NCBI GenBank assembly: GCA_002484335.1
Contig: DLJQ01000025.1
Span: forward strand, 87,423-151,422
Direction of reading: 5' to 3'
Length of the DNA stretch: 64,000 bases
Origin: Flavobacteriales bacterium UBA7612
GTDB taxonomy: Bacteria > Bacteroidota > Bacteroidia > Flavobacteriales > Weeksellaceae
Of the stretch, positions 10,323 to 19,920 are shown one piece after another. The position numbers and the translations under genes were made by a program. The notes below the pieces were generated by a model. The model was not told the origin of the DNA. It searched no databases and saw only the letters and a program-made list of their open reading frames with translations. Numbering within the stretch: position 1 is the first letter of the stretch; each line of letters opens with the position of its first letter.

Positions 10323-11591
10323 TTAGTCTAATATTTCAAAACGTGTATATGGCTGTAATGCTTTTGGTATTTTAACCGTACCATCTTCTTGTTGATGATT
10401 TTCTAATATAGAAGCTAAAATACGAGGTAAAGCTAATGCAGAACCATTTAAACTATGTGCTAATTGAGTTCCATTTTCATCCTTATAACGTAATTTTAAT
10501 CGGTTTGCTTGGAAAGTTTCAAAATTCGAAACAGAAGAAACTTCTAACCATTTTTCTTGTGCTTCTGAGAAAACTTCAAAATCATAAGTTATTGCAGCTG
10601 TAAAACCTGTATCTCCACCACAAAGACGTAAAATACGGTAAGGTAATTCCAAATCTTCTAAAATACCTTTTACATGTTCTATCATTCCATCTAATGCTGC
10701 ATATGAATTCTCAGGTTTTTCAATACGAACAATTTCTACTTTTTCGAATTGGTGTAAACGGTTTAAACCTCTAACATCTTTTCCGTAAGAACCTGCTTCT
10801 CTACGAAAACAAGGAGAATATGCTGTCAATGTAATCGGTAAATCCTCAGCTTTAACAATTGTGTCACGGTAAATATTAGTAACAGGAACCTCTGCTGTAG
10901 GAATTAGATATAAATCATCTTCTTTGATATAATACATTTGTCCTTCTTTATCAGGTAACTGACCAGTTCCATATCCAGAAGCTTCATTAACTACGAATGG
11001 AGGTACAATTTCTGTATAACCAGCATCAGCATTTTTATCTAAAAAGAATTGTGTAAGAGCACGTTGTAATCTTGCTCCTTTACCTTTGTAAACCGGGAAT
11101 CCAGCACCAGTAATTTTAACACCTAATTCAAAATCAATAATATCAAATTTCTTAGCTAGTTCCCAATGTGGTAGATTATTTGGTTTTGCTATCGCATCAC
11201 CATTTTCAAATACAATTTCATTATCATCAGCATTTATACCTGCTTTAACAATATCATTTGGGATGTTTGGAATTTGATACAAAATCTCTTTAACGGAGTT
11301 TTCGTAAGAAGATAATAAATCTTGTAATTCTTTCGATTTTTCTTTTAAATCGACAGTTTTGTTTTTTAATTCATTAGCCTCTTCCGATCTACCATCTTTA
11401 AACAAATTACCAATTTCTTTTGCTAATTTGTTGGATTCAGCTAATACATTATCTAATTCAAATTGAGTTTTACGACGAAGTTCATCAACATTTAAAACTT
11501 CATCAACAAGACCTAAATTTTTGAAGTTACGTTTTTTCAATCCTTCAATTACACGGTCTTTGTTTTCTTGAATGTAAGAAACTACTAGCAT
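10323..11591 (-). CDS. serS: Serine--tRNA ligase
   Basis: N-terminal coiled coil, LIPTAEVP, FRREAG, RLHQFEKVE, EVSSVSN and LNGSALA motifs. Confidence 0.97.
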   Translation of the reverse strand: MLVVSYIQENKDRVIEGLKKRNFKNLGLVDEVLNVDELRRKTQFELDNVLAESNKLAKEIGNLFKDGRSEEANELKNKTVDLKEKSKELQDLLSSYENSVKEILYQIPNIPNDIVKAGINADDNEIVFENGDAIAKPNNLPHWELAKKFDIIDFELGVKITGAGFPVYKGKGARLQRALTQFFLDKNADAGYTEIVPPFVVNEASGYGTGQLPDKEGQMYYIKEDDLYLIPTAEVPVTNIYRDTIVKAEDLPITLTAYSPCFRREAGSYGKDVRGLNRLHQFEKVEIVRIEKPENSYAALDGMIEHVKGILEDLELPYRILRLCGGDTGFTAAITYDFEVFSEAQEKWLEVSSVSNFETFQANRLKLRYKDENGTQLAHSLNGSALALPRILASILENHQQEDGTVKIPKALQPYTRFEILD

Positions 11592-11927
11592 ATATTTTAA
11601 TTAAATTTATACAAATGTATAAATAAATAATTTTTTTTGTGAATCTTATTAATTAATAAAGAAAAAAAAACATTTATAGACATTAAAAATGTTTATTATT
11701 AGAAAATAATTAGTTGTTAATTCTTTTATTTATTTTACAATTTTTATTTTTTAGTTGTAAAATAAAAAAATAAAAATCTAATTTTCAGTGTTTTAAACTT
11801 TTTTAATTCAGTATTTTTTAATTACAATTATATTACATAGGTTTTACATGAAATTACTTGAGATAAAAAATAACTTTGACAAAGAAAATTAATCGAAAAT
11901 TATTAATAATTATAAAACAATTAAGTC

Positions 11928-12167
11928 ATGAAAAAATTTTTCGCAGTAGTTGCAGTAGCAGCTTTATCATTAGGAGCAGTATCTTGTGGAGAGAAAAAAG
12001 CAGAAGAAACAGTAGAAGCAACAGCTGATTCAGCAGTAGCTACAGTAGATTCAGCAGCAGCTACAGTAGATTCAGCAGCAGCTACAGTAGATTCAGCAGC
12101 AGCTAAAGTAGAAGAAGCAGCTCCAGCTACAGAAGCTCCAGCAACTGAAGCTCCAGCAACAAAATAA
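11928..12167 (+). CDS. Small Ala/Thr/Glu-rich lipoprotein
   Basis: Signal peptide with lipobox AVSC and a low-complexity body; TAACTTTG promoter upstream and a terminator downstream. Confidence 0.85.
   Translation: MKKFFAVVAVAALSLGAVSCGEKKAEETVEATADSAVATVDSAAATVDSAAATVDSAAAKVEEAAPATEAPATEAPATK
12039..12101 (+). repeat. Three perfect 21-bp tandem repeats (ATVDSAA x3)
   Basis: Unit GCTACAGTAGATTCAGCAGCA at 12039, 12060 and 12081. Confidence 0.9.
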
Positions 12168-12192
12168 TTGAATAACATTCAATAATATAAAG

Positions 12193-12223
12193 AAAACCAC
12201 TCATTAGATGAGTGGTTTTTTTT
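12193..12223. terminator. Bidirectional intrinsic terminator
   Basis: AAAACCACTCAT-TAG-ATGAGTGGTTTT plus T-run, between convergent genes. Confidence 0.8.
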
Positions 12224-13349
12224 ATGAATTAATTTTTCGGTGTAAAAATCTAGTTAATTTAATAGATAAATCTAAAAGAATTATTTTAGAATTACCATTT
12301 CTATCTATATGATAAGAAGCTTCATTAATTTCATTAAGAATATCTTCAATATTTGCTCCATTAATATAAGGAGAGAAACCATCCCATTTAAAACCTTCAG
12401 ATTCTATTTTTAAAAAGGTTAAATCATTGGATTGATATGTTTTAAGTAAAGCCTGTCTAAAAATTTCTGAACAATAATTTAAAAAATCTTTTTGATTATT
12501 TCTTGACCAAGATGCTATTTGGTTTGACCAATCAATTAAATCTTTTAAGACAATAGGAGTTTTGGCAGCCATAAAAGCCTTTCTAACCCAAATTACAAAA
12601 TATTTATCATATAAATGTTCTTCATTATTAAGCTCATATAATGCTTCTCGTATATTCCCTTGAGAAAGAAAGGATATACGTTGAGCTTTATCTTGTTGTA
12701 TGTTTTTTTCTTGGATCAAATAATCATTTACATCTTTTATTGAAAGTTTTGGAATTTTTACTATTTGACAGCGAGAAATAATTGTCTGTAACAACAAATC
12801 TTCTCTTTCTGTAACTAAAATGAAAAGTGTTTTTTGAGGTGGTTCTTCAATTATTTTTAATAATTTGTTTGCAGCAGCAGTAGTCATTGTCTCTGGTTGC
12901 CAAATAATCATAATTTTATACCCTCCTTCGTAGCTATTAAGAGCTAATGTTTTTACAATTTCATCTGCTTCATCAACAGGAATTACGCCTTGTTTTTTTT
13001 CAATTCCAAGATGTGTCATCCAATCAGTTAAATTTCCATAAACATTTTCTGAAATGAAATTTCTCCAATCATTCAATAAATATTTGGCTAATGGCTTTTT
13101 TACAGAATCTGTCGCCGAATAAGGAAAAGCAAAATGTAAATCGGGATGTTGTAATTTATCAACTTTTAATGCGCATTGATGATTATCAGAACCACATAAA
13201 ACTTCTCTCGCATAAGCAATTGCTAGAGCTAATGCTCCAGATCCTTCAGCTCCAACGAATAATTGCGCATGGCTTATTCGATTATTTTTAATAGATTCCT
13301 GAAGTTTAGATTTGATTTCTTTTTGACCAATGATGTTTTCCCAAAGCAT
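12222..13349 (-). CDS. holB: DNA polymerase III subunit delta'
   Basis: ISHAQLF, HPDLHF, AANKLLKIIEEPP and TIISRCQ motifs. Confidence 0.9.
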   Translation of the reverse strand: MLWENIIGQKEIKSKLQESIKNNRISHAQLFVGAEGSGALALAIAYAREVLCGSDNHQCALKVDKLQHPDLHFAFPYSATDSVKKPLAKYLLNDWRNFISENVYGNLTDWMTHLGIEKKQGVIPVDEADEIVKTLALNSYEGGYKIMIIWQPETMTTAAANKLLKIIEEPPQKTLFILVTEREDLLLQTIISRCQIVKIPKLSIKDVNDYLIQEKNIQQDKAQRISFLSQGNIREALYELNNEEHLYDKYFVIWVRKAFMAAKTPIVLKDLIDWSNQIASWSRNNQKDFLNYCSEIFRQALLKTYQSNDLTFLKIESEGFKWDGFSPYINGANIEDILNEINEASYHIDRNGNSKIILLDLSIKLTRFLHRKINS

Positions 13350-13431
13350 AGTTCAAAGATAATATTTTAAACAGTTTTATATCAAGAATTTTATGAATCT
13401 TTCATAACTTTATTACTCAAAATAGAATGAA

Positions 13432-13848
13432 ATGAAGACTGATCTTTTATCGAATACATTAAAAATGAGAGCAATTAATCCAACTGCGATGAGATTGTTA
13501 GTGCTTGATAGGTTAATGAAGTCTGAGATAGCTTTGAGTTTAGCTGATTTAGAAATTGAAATGGATCAAGCAGATCGAACAACAATTTATAGAACGCTGA
13601 AAAAATTTGAAGAAAATAAATTAATTCATTCTATTGAAGATGGAACAGGATCTATAAAATATGCTATGTGTGAATCAAATTGTAATTGCACACCAGAATT
13701 TACTCATGCACATTTTCATTGCAACAATTGTAGCCAAACGTTTTGTTTAAAAAATATTCATTTACCAGAAATAGATCTTCCTAAAAACTTCAGTATAGAG
13801 CAATCTTCTTTTATCTTGAAAGGAATTTGCGATCATTGTAAATCTTAA
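13432..13848 (+). CDS. Fur-family transcriptional regulator (heavy-metal ATPase-associated)
   Basis: DRTTIYRTL HTH, HAHFHCNNC and C-terminal CDHC. Confidence 0.9.
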   Translation: MKTDLLSNTLKMRAINPTAMRLLVLDRLMKSEIALSLADLEIEMDQADRTTIYRTLKKFEENKLIHSIEDGTGSIKYAMCESNCNCTPEFTHAHFHCNNCSQTFCLKNIHLPEIDLPKNFSIEQSSFILKGICDHCKS

Positions 13849-13851
13849 GTT

Positions 13852-13886
13852 TGCAATTTGGTTGCATACAATCTCGTTTATATTTG
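13852..13886 (+). promoter_or_regulatory. TGCAA-N5-TTGCA inverted repeat overlapping the upstream element of a TATATTTG promoter
   Basis: TGCAA TTTGG TTGCA at 13852-13866 and TATATTTG at 13879-13886, just before the ATPase start. Confidence 0.5.
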
Positions 13887-13904
13887 TCGTATAAATTATA
13901 TTTT

Positions 13905-15851
13905 ATGTCAAATTGTAAATGTTGTAGTAGCGAAGAAGTGAATGAAAATCATCATGATGAACATTCACATAACCATGATCACGAACATAATCATGACAAT
14001 AATAAATTATTTTTAATAATTAGTTTATTCTTATTTTTTGCAGGAATAATTATCCAATATGTTATAAAACCAACATGGTTTGTCGATCAACAAATGGTTC
14101 GATTAGCATGGTTTTTAGTTTCATATATTTTTGTTGCTTATCCTGTTTGGGGAGAAACATTTAAACTTGCTAAGAAATTTGATTTTTTTAATGAATTTTC
14201 TTTAATGGGAATTGCCACTTTAGGTGCGTTTCTAATTGGTGAATATCCAGAAGGAGTTGCAGTAATGTTGTTTTATACGATAGGAGAAATGTTTCAAGAA
14301 GCAGCTGTGAATAAGGCAAGAAATAATGTTAAAGCTCTTCTAGATGTTCGTCCTGAAATTGCTCATGTTTTTCGTGATGATAAGTTTATAACAATAAAAC
14401 CTTCAGAAGTTGAGATAGATGAAATTATACAAGTAAAAGTAGGAGAAAAAGTTTCATTGGATGGTATTTTACTATCAGAAAAGGGAAGTTTTAATACTTC
14501 AGCTTTGACAGGAGAAAGTAAACCATCTACTTATAAAAAAGGAGACTTAGTTTTATCTGGAATGCTGAATTTAGAAAATGTTATAGAGATAAAAACAACG
14601 AAAAAATTTGAAGACAGTTCAATCTCTAAAATACTAAAAATGGTTCAAGAAGCTTCATCTAGAAAAGCTCCTACAGAGTTATTTATTAGAAAATTTGCAA
14701 AAATATATACTCCTATTATTTTCTTTTTAGCGCTTGCTCTTGTTACCATTCCTTACTTTTTCGTTGATGACTATGTATTTTCTGATTGGTTATATAGAGG
14801 TTTAGTTTTTCTTGTTGTCTCTTGTCCTTGTGCTTTAGTTATTTCTATTCCTTTAGGATATTTTGGTGGAATAGGAGCAGCTTCTAGAAATGGGATACTA
14901 GTAAAAGGATCAAATTTTTTGGATTTATTAGCTCGTATAAATACTGTTGTGATGGATAAAACAGGGACGTTGACAGAAGGTGTTTTTCAAGTTCAAAAAA
15001 TTGAAACGAATTATAATCAGGATGATTTTTTAAATTACGTGGCAGCATTGGAAAGTAAATCTACTCATCCGATAGCAAAAGCAATAGTGAATTATCATCA
15101 TTCTGATTTTCCTGTAACTGACGTTGAAGAAATTTCAGGAAAAGGATTAAAAGGAATTGTAAATTCTAAAATAGTTTTAGCTGGTAATTCAAAACTTTTA
15201 GATCAATATTCAATTTCATATCCAGATAAAATAAATAATGTTGTCGAAAGTATTGTTGTTGTAGCAATTGATAATCAGTTTGCGGGATATATTATTGTTG
15301 CTGATAGAATAAAGTCTGATGCACAAGAAGCTATTCGTAAAATGATGAATATTGGAGTTACAGAAACAATTATTTTGAGTGGAGATAAAGATGTTATTAC
15401 TCAAAAAGTAGCAAAAGAAGTTGGAGTGAATTTGGCTTATGGAGAGTTATTACCAGAAGGTAAAGTAAACAAAGTTGAAGAATTGAAAAAGGATATTCAT
15501 AAAAAAATAGCTTTTGTTGGAGATGGGATTAATGATGCTCCTGTATTAGCGTTAGCCGATGTAGGAATTGCAATGGGAGGTTTAGGAAGTGATGCAGCAA
15601 TAGAAACTGCAGATGTAGTGATACAAACGGATCAACCATCTAAAATTGCTACAGCTATAAAAATAGGTAGAGAAACAAAGAAAATTGTAATTCAGAATAT
15701 TATTCTTGCAATGGGTATAAAAGCAATTGTATTATTGTTAGGTGCAGAAGGTATAGCCAATATGTGGGAAGCTGTTTTTGCTGATGTTGGTGTTGCATTG
15801 TTAGCAATTTTGAATGCCGTTAGAATACAACGTATGAATTTTAAGAATTAA
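13905..15851 (+). CDS. Heavy-metal (Zn/Cd/Pb) translocating P1B-type ATPase
   Basis: Cys/His-rich N-terminus, TGES, SCPC, DKTGTLT, HP and GDGINDAP motifs; ATG at 13905 preferred. Confidence 0.92.
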   Translation: MSNCKCCSSEEVNENHHDEHSHNHDHEHNHDNNKLFLIISLFLFFAGIIIQYVIKPTWFVDQQMVRLAWFLVSYIFVAYPVWGETFKLAKKFDFFNEFSLMGIATLGAFLIGEYPEGVAVMLFYTIGEMFQEAAVNKARNNVKALLDVRPEIAHVFRDDKFITIKPSEVEIDEIIQVKVGEKVSLDGILLSEKGSFNTSALTGESKPSTYKKGDLVLSGMLNLENVIEIKTTKKFEDSSISKILKMVQEASSRKAPTELFIRKFAKIYTPIIFFLALALVTIPYFFVDDYVFSDWLYRGLVFLVVSCPCALVISIPLGYFGGIGAASRNGILVKGSNFLDLLARINTVVMDKTGTLTEGVFQVQKIETNYNQDDFLNYVAALESKSTHPIAKAIVNYHHSDFPVTDVEEISGKGLKGIVNSKIVLAGNSKLLDQYSISYPDKINNVVESIVVVAIDNQFAGYIIVADRIKSDAQEAIRKMMNIGVTETIILSGDKDVITQKVAKEVGVNLAYGELLPEGKVNKVEELKKDIHKKIAFVGDGINDAPVLALADVGIAMGGLGSDAAIETADVVIQTDQPSKIATAIKIGRETKKIVIQNIILAMGIKAIVLLLGAEGIANMWEAVFADVGVALLAILNAVRIQRMNFKN

Positions 15852-15910
15852 TAGTATAAATTGGTTTTTATATTTTATGAAAGTTCTAAAAATAAAGTTT
15901 TAATCGAATT

Positions 15911-15946
15911 AAAAAATAAAGCGACAGGTTTGTCGCTTTATTTTTT
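15911..15946. terminator. Bidirectional intrinsic terminator
   Basis: 16-bp arms AAAAAATAAAGCGACA / TGTCGCTTTATTTTTT with a GGTT loop. Confidence 0.8.
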
Positions 15947-16693
15947 TAGATAAAGATTTTTCATCAAATCCAGATCAACGTTTAAAATATTTGATAAATA
16001 ATTTTCTACATTTCCGAAATGTCTCTTGATGTAGAAAAAAGATGTTTCTAGGTATTCAGGTAGTACATCAATTAGGTATTTATAATTAGGGTCTATTTTT
16101 AGAATGTGACCATATTTTTGTTCTAAAAATATATTCGAAGCTAAATAATCATTCATGATTGTTTCTTCATTTACATTTAATGCAGATAAAATCATTGCTG
16201 TTGCAAAGCCTGTTCTATCTTTACCAGCAGTACAGTGAAAAAGTATTGGGGTTTTATTTTTATGCTGTATAACATCAAAAAAGTTTTTATATTTTTCTTG
16301 ACATGTTTTATCTAGAACAAAATCTTTATAGATATTACGCATAAACTGTTTAGGATTTGGAATACCTGCTCTAAATTGTTTCATCAAATCATCAAAATGT
16401 CCAGAAGAAATATCTAAATGAACTTCGTGATTGCAACTATTAGGAATATGATCATAATTTTTTAAACGTTCGTGAGTTGTTCTCAAATCAATGATGGTTC
16501 TTATAGGATATTTGTTTAGTTTTTCTAAATCATCATCAGTTAAATTTGCTAAATCGTCAGAGCGGATAAGTAAACCACTTGTTATACATTCATTATCTTT
16601 GTTAATAATACTTCCTAAATCTCTACAATTAAAGCTTCCTTCTAGTGGAAGGATTCTTTTTTCAAGTCTATCATTGTCTAAAGTACATTCCAT
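15938..16693 (-). CDS. Tyrosine/dual-specificity protein phosphatase
   Basis: FNCRDLG, IIDLR, catalytic HCTAGKDRTG and DYLASN motifs. Confidence 0.9.
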   Translation of the reverse strand: MECTLDNDRLEKRILPLEGSFNCRDLGSIINKDNECITSGLLIRSDDLANLTDDDLEKLNKYPIRTIIDLRTTHERLKNYDHIPNSCNHEVHLDISSGHFDDLMKQFRAGIPNPKQFMRNIYKDFVLDKTCQEKYKNFFDVIQHKNKTPILFHCTAGKDRTGFATAMILSALNVNEETIMNDYLASNIFLEQKYGHILKIDPNYKYLIDVLPEYLETSFFYIKRHFGNVENYLSNILNVDLDLMKNLYLKK

Positions 16694-16835
16694 TTTCAGC
16701 GTCTATTTTAGGTTATTTTTTAACACTAAAAAGTTACGAGTTATTAATGAAATCTTAATGTTAAAAAATCTATAAATTTTTCTTTTTTTAATGTTTTATA
16801 TTGATCAAATTAAAATTTAATTTATATTCGTATAG

Positions 16836-16854
16836 AATTAGATTAAATCTAAAT
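16836..16854. promoter_or_regulatory. Fur-box-like 19-bp palindrome
   Basis: AATTAGATTAAATCTAAAT (9-1-9 with one mismatch), just after TATATTCG and before the siderophore-interacting gene. Confidence 0.6.
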
Positions 16855-16860
16855 AAAAAG

Positions 16861-17703
16861 ATGGGAGATAAAATAAAAATTATAAAAGAGAAGTTTATTC
16901 TTAAGAAAAAAGAATTTGTAACTCCTCATCTTATAAGAGTTTATTTGGAAAATAATGATGTTTCTTTATTTGAGAATACATCTTTGGGAGGAACATGTAA
17001 ATTGTTATTTCCTCCATTAGGTATAAGAGATATACACTATGCAGAATATGATGATACTTCAAAAAAATGGATTTCTCCATCTGATAAATTTAAACCAGTT
17101 TCTCGAACATATACTTTAAGAGGAATTGATGCCGAGAATAATCAAATTATTATCGATTTTGCAAACCATGGTTTAAATGGTCCTGGTTCTCGCTGGGCAA
17201 ATGAAGCTGTTGTTGGTGATAGAATTGGAGTTTCTATGAAATCAAAGAAAAAAGATTTAGTATCAAAAACAGACTTTGTTGTTTTAGGTGCGGATTTAAC
17301 AGGATTACCAGTCATCTCTACAATTATAGAAACATTATCAGCTCATGTCAAAGGGATTGTTTGTGTAGAAGTTCCTACAGAGAATGATATTCATACAATA
17401 GAATCAAAAGCAGATTTAGAATTTAAGTGGATTGTAAATCCAAATGTAGGAAAAGGTTCTGCATTATTTGATTTAATAAAAAAACAAAAATTTCCGAAAA
17501 GAAAAGAAGGTAAACGTTTTGCTTATATAGCAGGTGAATCAAAATCTGTAAAAGAATCAAAATCTTTTTTCAAAGACGATTTAGAGTGGAAAAAAGATGA
17601 ATTTTACTGTACTTCTCATTGGAAGGCTGGTAAATCAGAAAAAAATGCTTTAGAAGATTGTCACTCTAAAATAGAAGAAGAATCTTTAATTAAGATATTT
17701 TAA
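16861..17703 (+). CDS. Siderophore-interacting protein (FAD-binding ferric-siderophore reductase, ViuB/YqjH-like)
   Basis: TPHLIRV, SRTYTLR, IDFANHG..GPGSRWA, ADLTGLP, YIAGE and HWK motifs; ATG at 16861 preferred. Confidence 0.85.
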   Translation: MGDKIKIIKEKFILKKKEFVTPHLIRVYLENNDVSLFENTSLGGTCKLLFPPLGIRDIHYAEYDDTSKKWISPSDKFKPVSRTYTLRGIDAENNQIIIDFANHGLNGPGSRWANEAVVGDRIGVSMKSKKKDLVSKTDFVVLGADLTGLPVISTIIETLSAHVKGIVCVEVPTENDIHTIESKADLEFKWIVNPNVGKGSALFDLIKKQKFPKRKEGKRFAYIAGESKSVKESKSFFKDDLEWKKDEFYCTSHWKAGKSEKNALEDCHSKIEEESLIKIF

Positions 17704-17784
17704 AATTATTTATAATAGAATTTAATAAGATAATTAGTTTAAACAATTTCATTAATAAGATATTAAGCTTTTTTAATTTATAGG

Positions 17785-17823
17785 GAAATGGAAACTTTTT
17801 TTGAAAGGTTTCCATTTCTTTTA
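17785..17823. terminator. Intrinsic terminator between convergent genes
   Basis: GAAATGGAAAC...GTTTCCATTTC followed by a T-run. Confidence 0.65.
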
Positions 17824-17830
17824 TAATCTT

Positions 17831-18160
17831 TTATTCTTCGATTACATTTGCATTTAATGAAGCTAAAACTTCTTGCGTGATATCTTTTCCTCCACTAATA
17901 TTTCTATACAATGATCCAATAGTATAAATAGGTCCCCAAGGAACTCCCCACCAGCCTAAAATAAATGTTATAATAGAAAATCCTATACTATATTTTACAG
18001 TAGATTCTCCTGATTTAATGAAATAAATATCACTACTTCTCTTAAATGTCATGATTAGAATAGATATACAATATTGAAAAATAACGAATTTAGCTCCATT
18101 ATTTAATTAATGATTGATTTCATCGACGCTCAATCTTTCGATGTTTTTAATTTGTATCAT
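17831..18160 (-). pseudogene. Small membrane protein gene interrupted by one in-frame stop
   Basis: From ATG 18160: MIQIKNIERLSVDEINH*LNNGAKFVIFQYCISILIMTFKRSSDIYFIK...GWWGVPWGPIYTI. TAA at 18109-18107; the frame continues into the 73-aa ORF of the track. Confidence 0.7.
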
Positions 18161-18322
18161 TTAGTTTTTTTAGGTTGATTATCATATATGTATTTTGTAA
18201 ATATACTGTTTTGTGCAAAAAATTATAAATATAGATTTATAATTTTTAAATAATAATTAGAGATAAAAACTATTTTATTGGAACAAGTTTTATATTTGAG
18301 AAATTATAAAAAAATAATTATT

Positions 18323-18637
18323 TTGAAAACGGAACGATTAATTCTGAATGGAGATTATAAGTTAATTACTGAATTGAATGAATTTAGAATGAGTTTATGG
18401 GTAAATAGTTTTGGAATACTAAATGTTTCTACAAATGAAGAAATTGTTCCTGTAATTTCTACATTTCATTTAGAAGATTATACTGAAGAAGATACTATGT
18501 TGAAAGTAAAATTTAGTATTTATCCGAATGGAGCAAAAAATTATGAAGTTGTGTTTAATTTAGTTGATTCGTCTTTTATTTATCAAAACAAAATTTATTC
18601 TTTGAGTGCGTATAAACAAGATTTTTTTGAGGAATAA
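18323..18637 (+). CDS. Hypothetical protein
   Basis: Protein-like ORF; TATATTTG at 18291-18298 suggests a start at TTG 18323 rather than 18278. Confidence 0.55.
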   Translation: MKTERLILNGDYKLITELNEFRMSLWVNSFGILNVSTNEEIVPVISTFHLEDYTEEDTMLKVKFSIYPNGAKNYEVVFNLVDSSFIYQNKIYSLSAYKQDFFEE

Positions 18638-18723
18638 CTTATTTATTATATTCAAATAAGGTTAATCATAATTTAAATTAGTTTGTATATTTGAGTGTTA
18701 GTGTACGCTAAATTAAAGAAATA

Positions 18724-19641
18724 ATGTTTGAAATAAACCACAATCTTTTAAATAGTCTATATAGTGATGATATAATTTATCATTATACAAAAGCTTCAAC
18801 AGCTATTGATTACATTTTATATAATCAACAATTAAGATTTAGTAATTCCTTAAGTTCAAGTGATCCTATTGAAAGTAGAAAAGCTAGTCGATCAATAGTA
18901 TATAATGGTGAACAAGCAAATAGAAAACAGACTGTAAAAGAAGTTGAAGAAGTTAATTTATTAGATAGTTTTATTGAGAATCTTGAAACAACTTTCCTTC
19001 AGATATGTTTTTGTAAAAATTCTATGAATGATGATATTGATTCTATTCCACGTTTTAAAGGATATGAAGAGAGTTTAGGTTTTACAAAACTTAGAATGTG
19101 GGATCAGTATGCTGATAGATATTCAGGTGTTTGTATAGCATTTTCTAAAGATAAATTATTAGAATTAAATAAGAGTTTAGATATTTATTCTAAAGATATT
19201 GAATATTGTAATTTTCAAGATATTTGGTTTAAAAAAATTGGAGATATTCAAGGTAATCATTTAATAAATGTAGGTTTAGATTCTTATAAAGAGCAGATTA
19301 AGAAAAAAATTATAGATTCATGGTTTTGTAAGCATATAGACTATTCAGGTGAAAATGAATTTAGAATAGGAGCTTTATTTAATAAAGAAAAATGTACATT
19401 AGAAATTTTACGTAATGAAATAGTATCTAATCAGACAATGCTTGATATTAAAAATTGTATAAAAGCTATTTTTGTTTCAAGTTACGCAAATTATAAACAA
19501 AAGAATGAATTATTAAATTATGCTAATAGTTTAAATGTAGATTTAATAGAAATTAAATGGAATTATAATTCTATTGAAGCGATAGATTATAAGAGAGAAA
19601 AAGAATTTTACAGTAGTTTCCTAAATTCTAAAAATAGCTAA
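18724..19641 (+). CDS. DUF2971-like protein
   Basis: IYHYT, ICFC, MWDQYADRYSGVCIAF and KHIDYSGENEFR motifs. Confidence 0.75.
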   Translation: MFEINHNLLNSLYSDDIIYHYTKASTAIDYILYNQQLRFSNSLSSSDPIESRKASRSIVYNGEQANRKQTVKEVEEVNLLDSFIENLETTFLQICFCKNSMNDDIDSIPRFKGYEESLGFTKLRMWDQYADRYSGVCIAFSKDKLLELNKSLDIYSKDIEYCNFQDIWFKKIGDIQGNHLINVGLDSYKEQIKKKIIDSWFCKHIDYSGENEFRIGALFNKEKCTLEILRNEIVSNQTMLDIKNCIKAIFVSSYANYKQKNELLNYANSLNVDLIEIKWNYNSIEAIDYKREKEFYSSFLNSKNS

Positions 19642-19710
19642 TTATAACTATTTAGTAGAACATTAAAGAAAGTAATTTTTAATATTTTATTCTAAAATCT
19701 TTATTAGTTT

Positions 19711-19812
19711 GCAATAGCAATAGTAGCGGCATCCTTTTATAAACAATTTTATAACGCGTGATTGATTGTTTATAAAAGATACAGCGAATAGTGCGGCCTG
19801 TAGGGATTGCCC
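19711..19812 (-). ncRNA. Structured intergenic repeat, copy B (Flavo-1-like)
   Basis: Minus strand GGGCAATCCCTACAGGCCGCACTATTCGCTGTATCTTTT...AAAAGGATGCCGCTACTATTGCTATTGC, with an internal 14-bp stem (19734-47 / 19775-88). Homologous to 25123-25198. Confidence 0.6.
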
Positions 19813-19835
19813 AAATAATTAAAGTAAAAAAAATA

Positions 19836-19882
19836 AAAGTCTGTTTAAATACTATTCATAAAGAATAATTTAAACAGACTTT
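19836..19882. terminator. Intrinsic terminator after the TonB-dependent receptor
   Basis: 15-bp arms AAAGTCTGTTTAAAT / ATTTAAACAGACTTT. Confidence 0.7.
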
Positions 19883-19920
19883 AAAAAAATAAATAAGATA
19901 GCTAATGATTCCTTTCTTTT

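Noticed and set aside
11921..12178. 85-aa minus-strand ORF
   Set aside because: Antisense shadow of the repetitive lipoprotein gene, which has the lipobox, promoter and terminator.
18697..19648. Possible integron-like cassette ends around the DUF2971-like gene (GTTAGTGTACGCT ... AGCTAATTATAAC)
   Set aside because: Only 8 of 13 positions are complementary, there is no full attC-like hairpin, no neighbouring cassettes and no integrase in the window.
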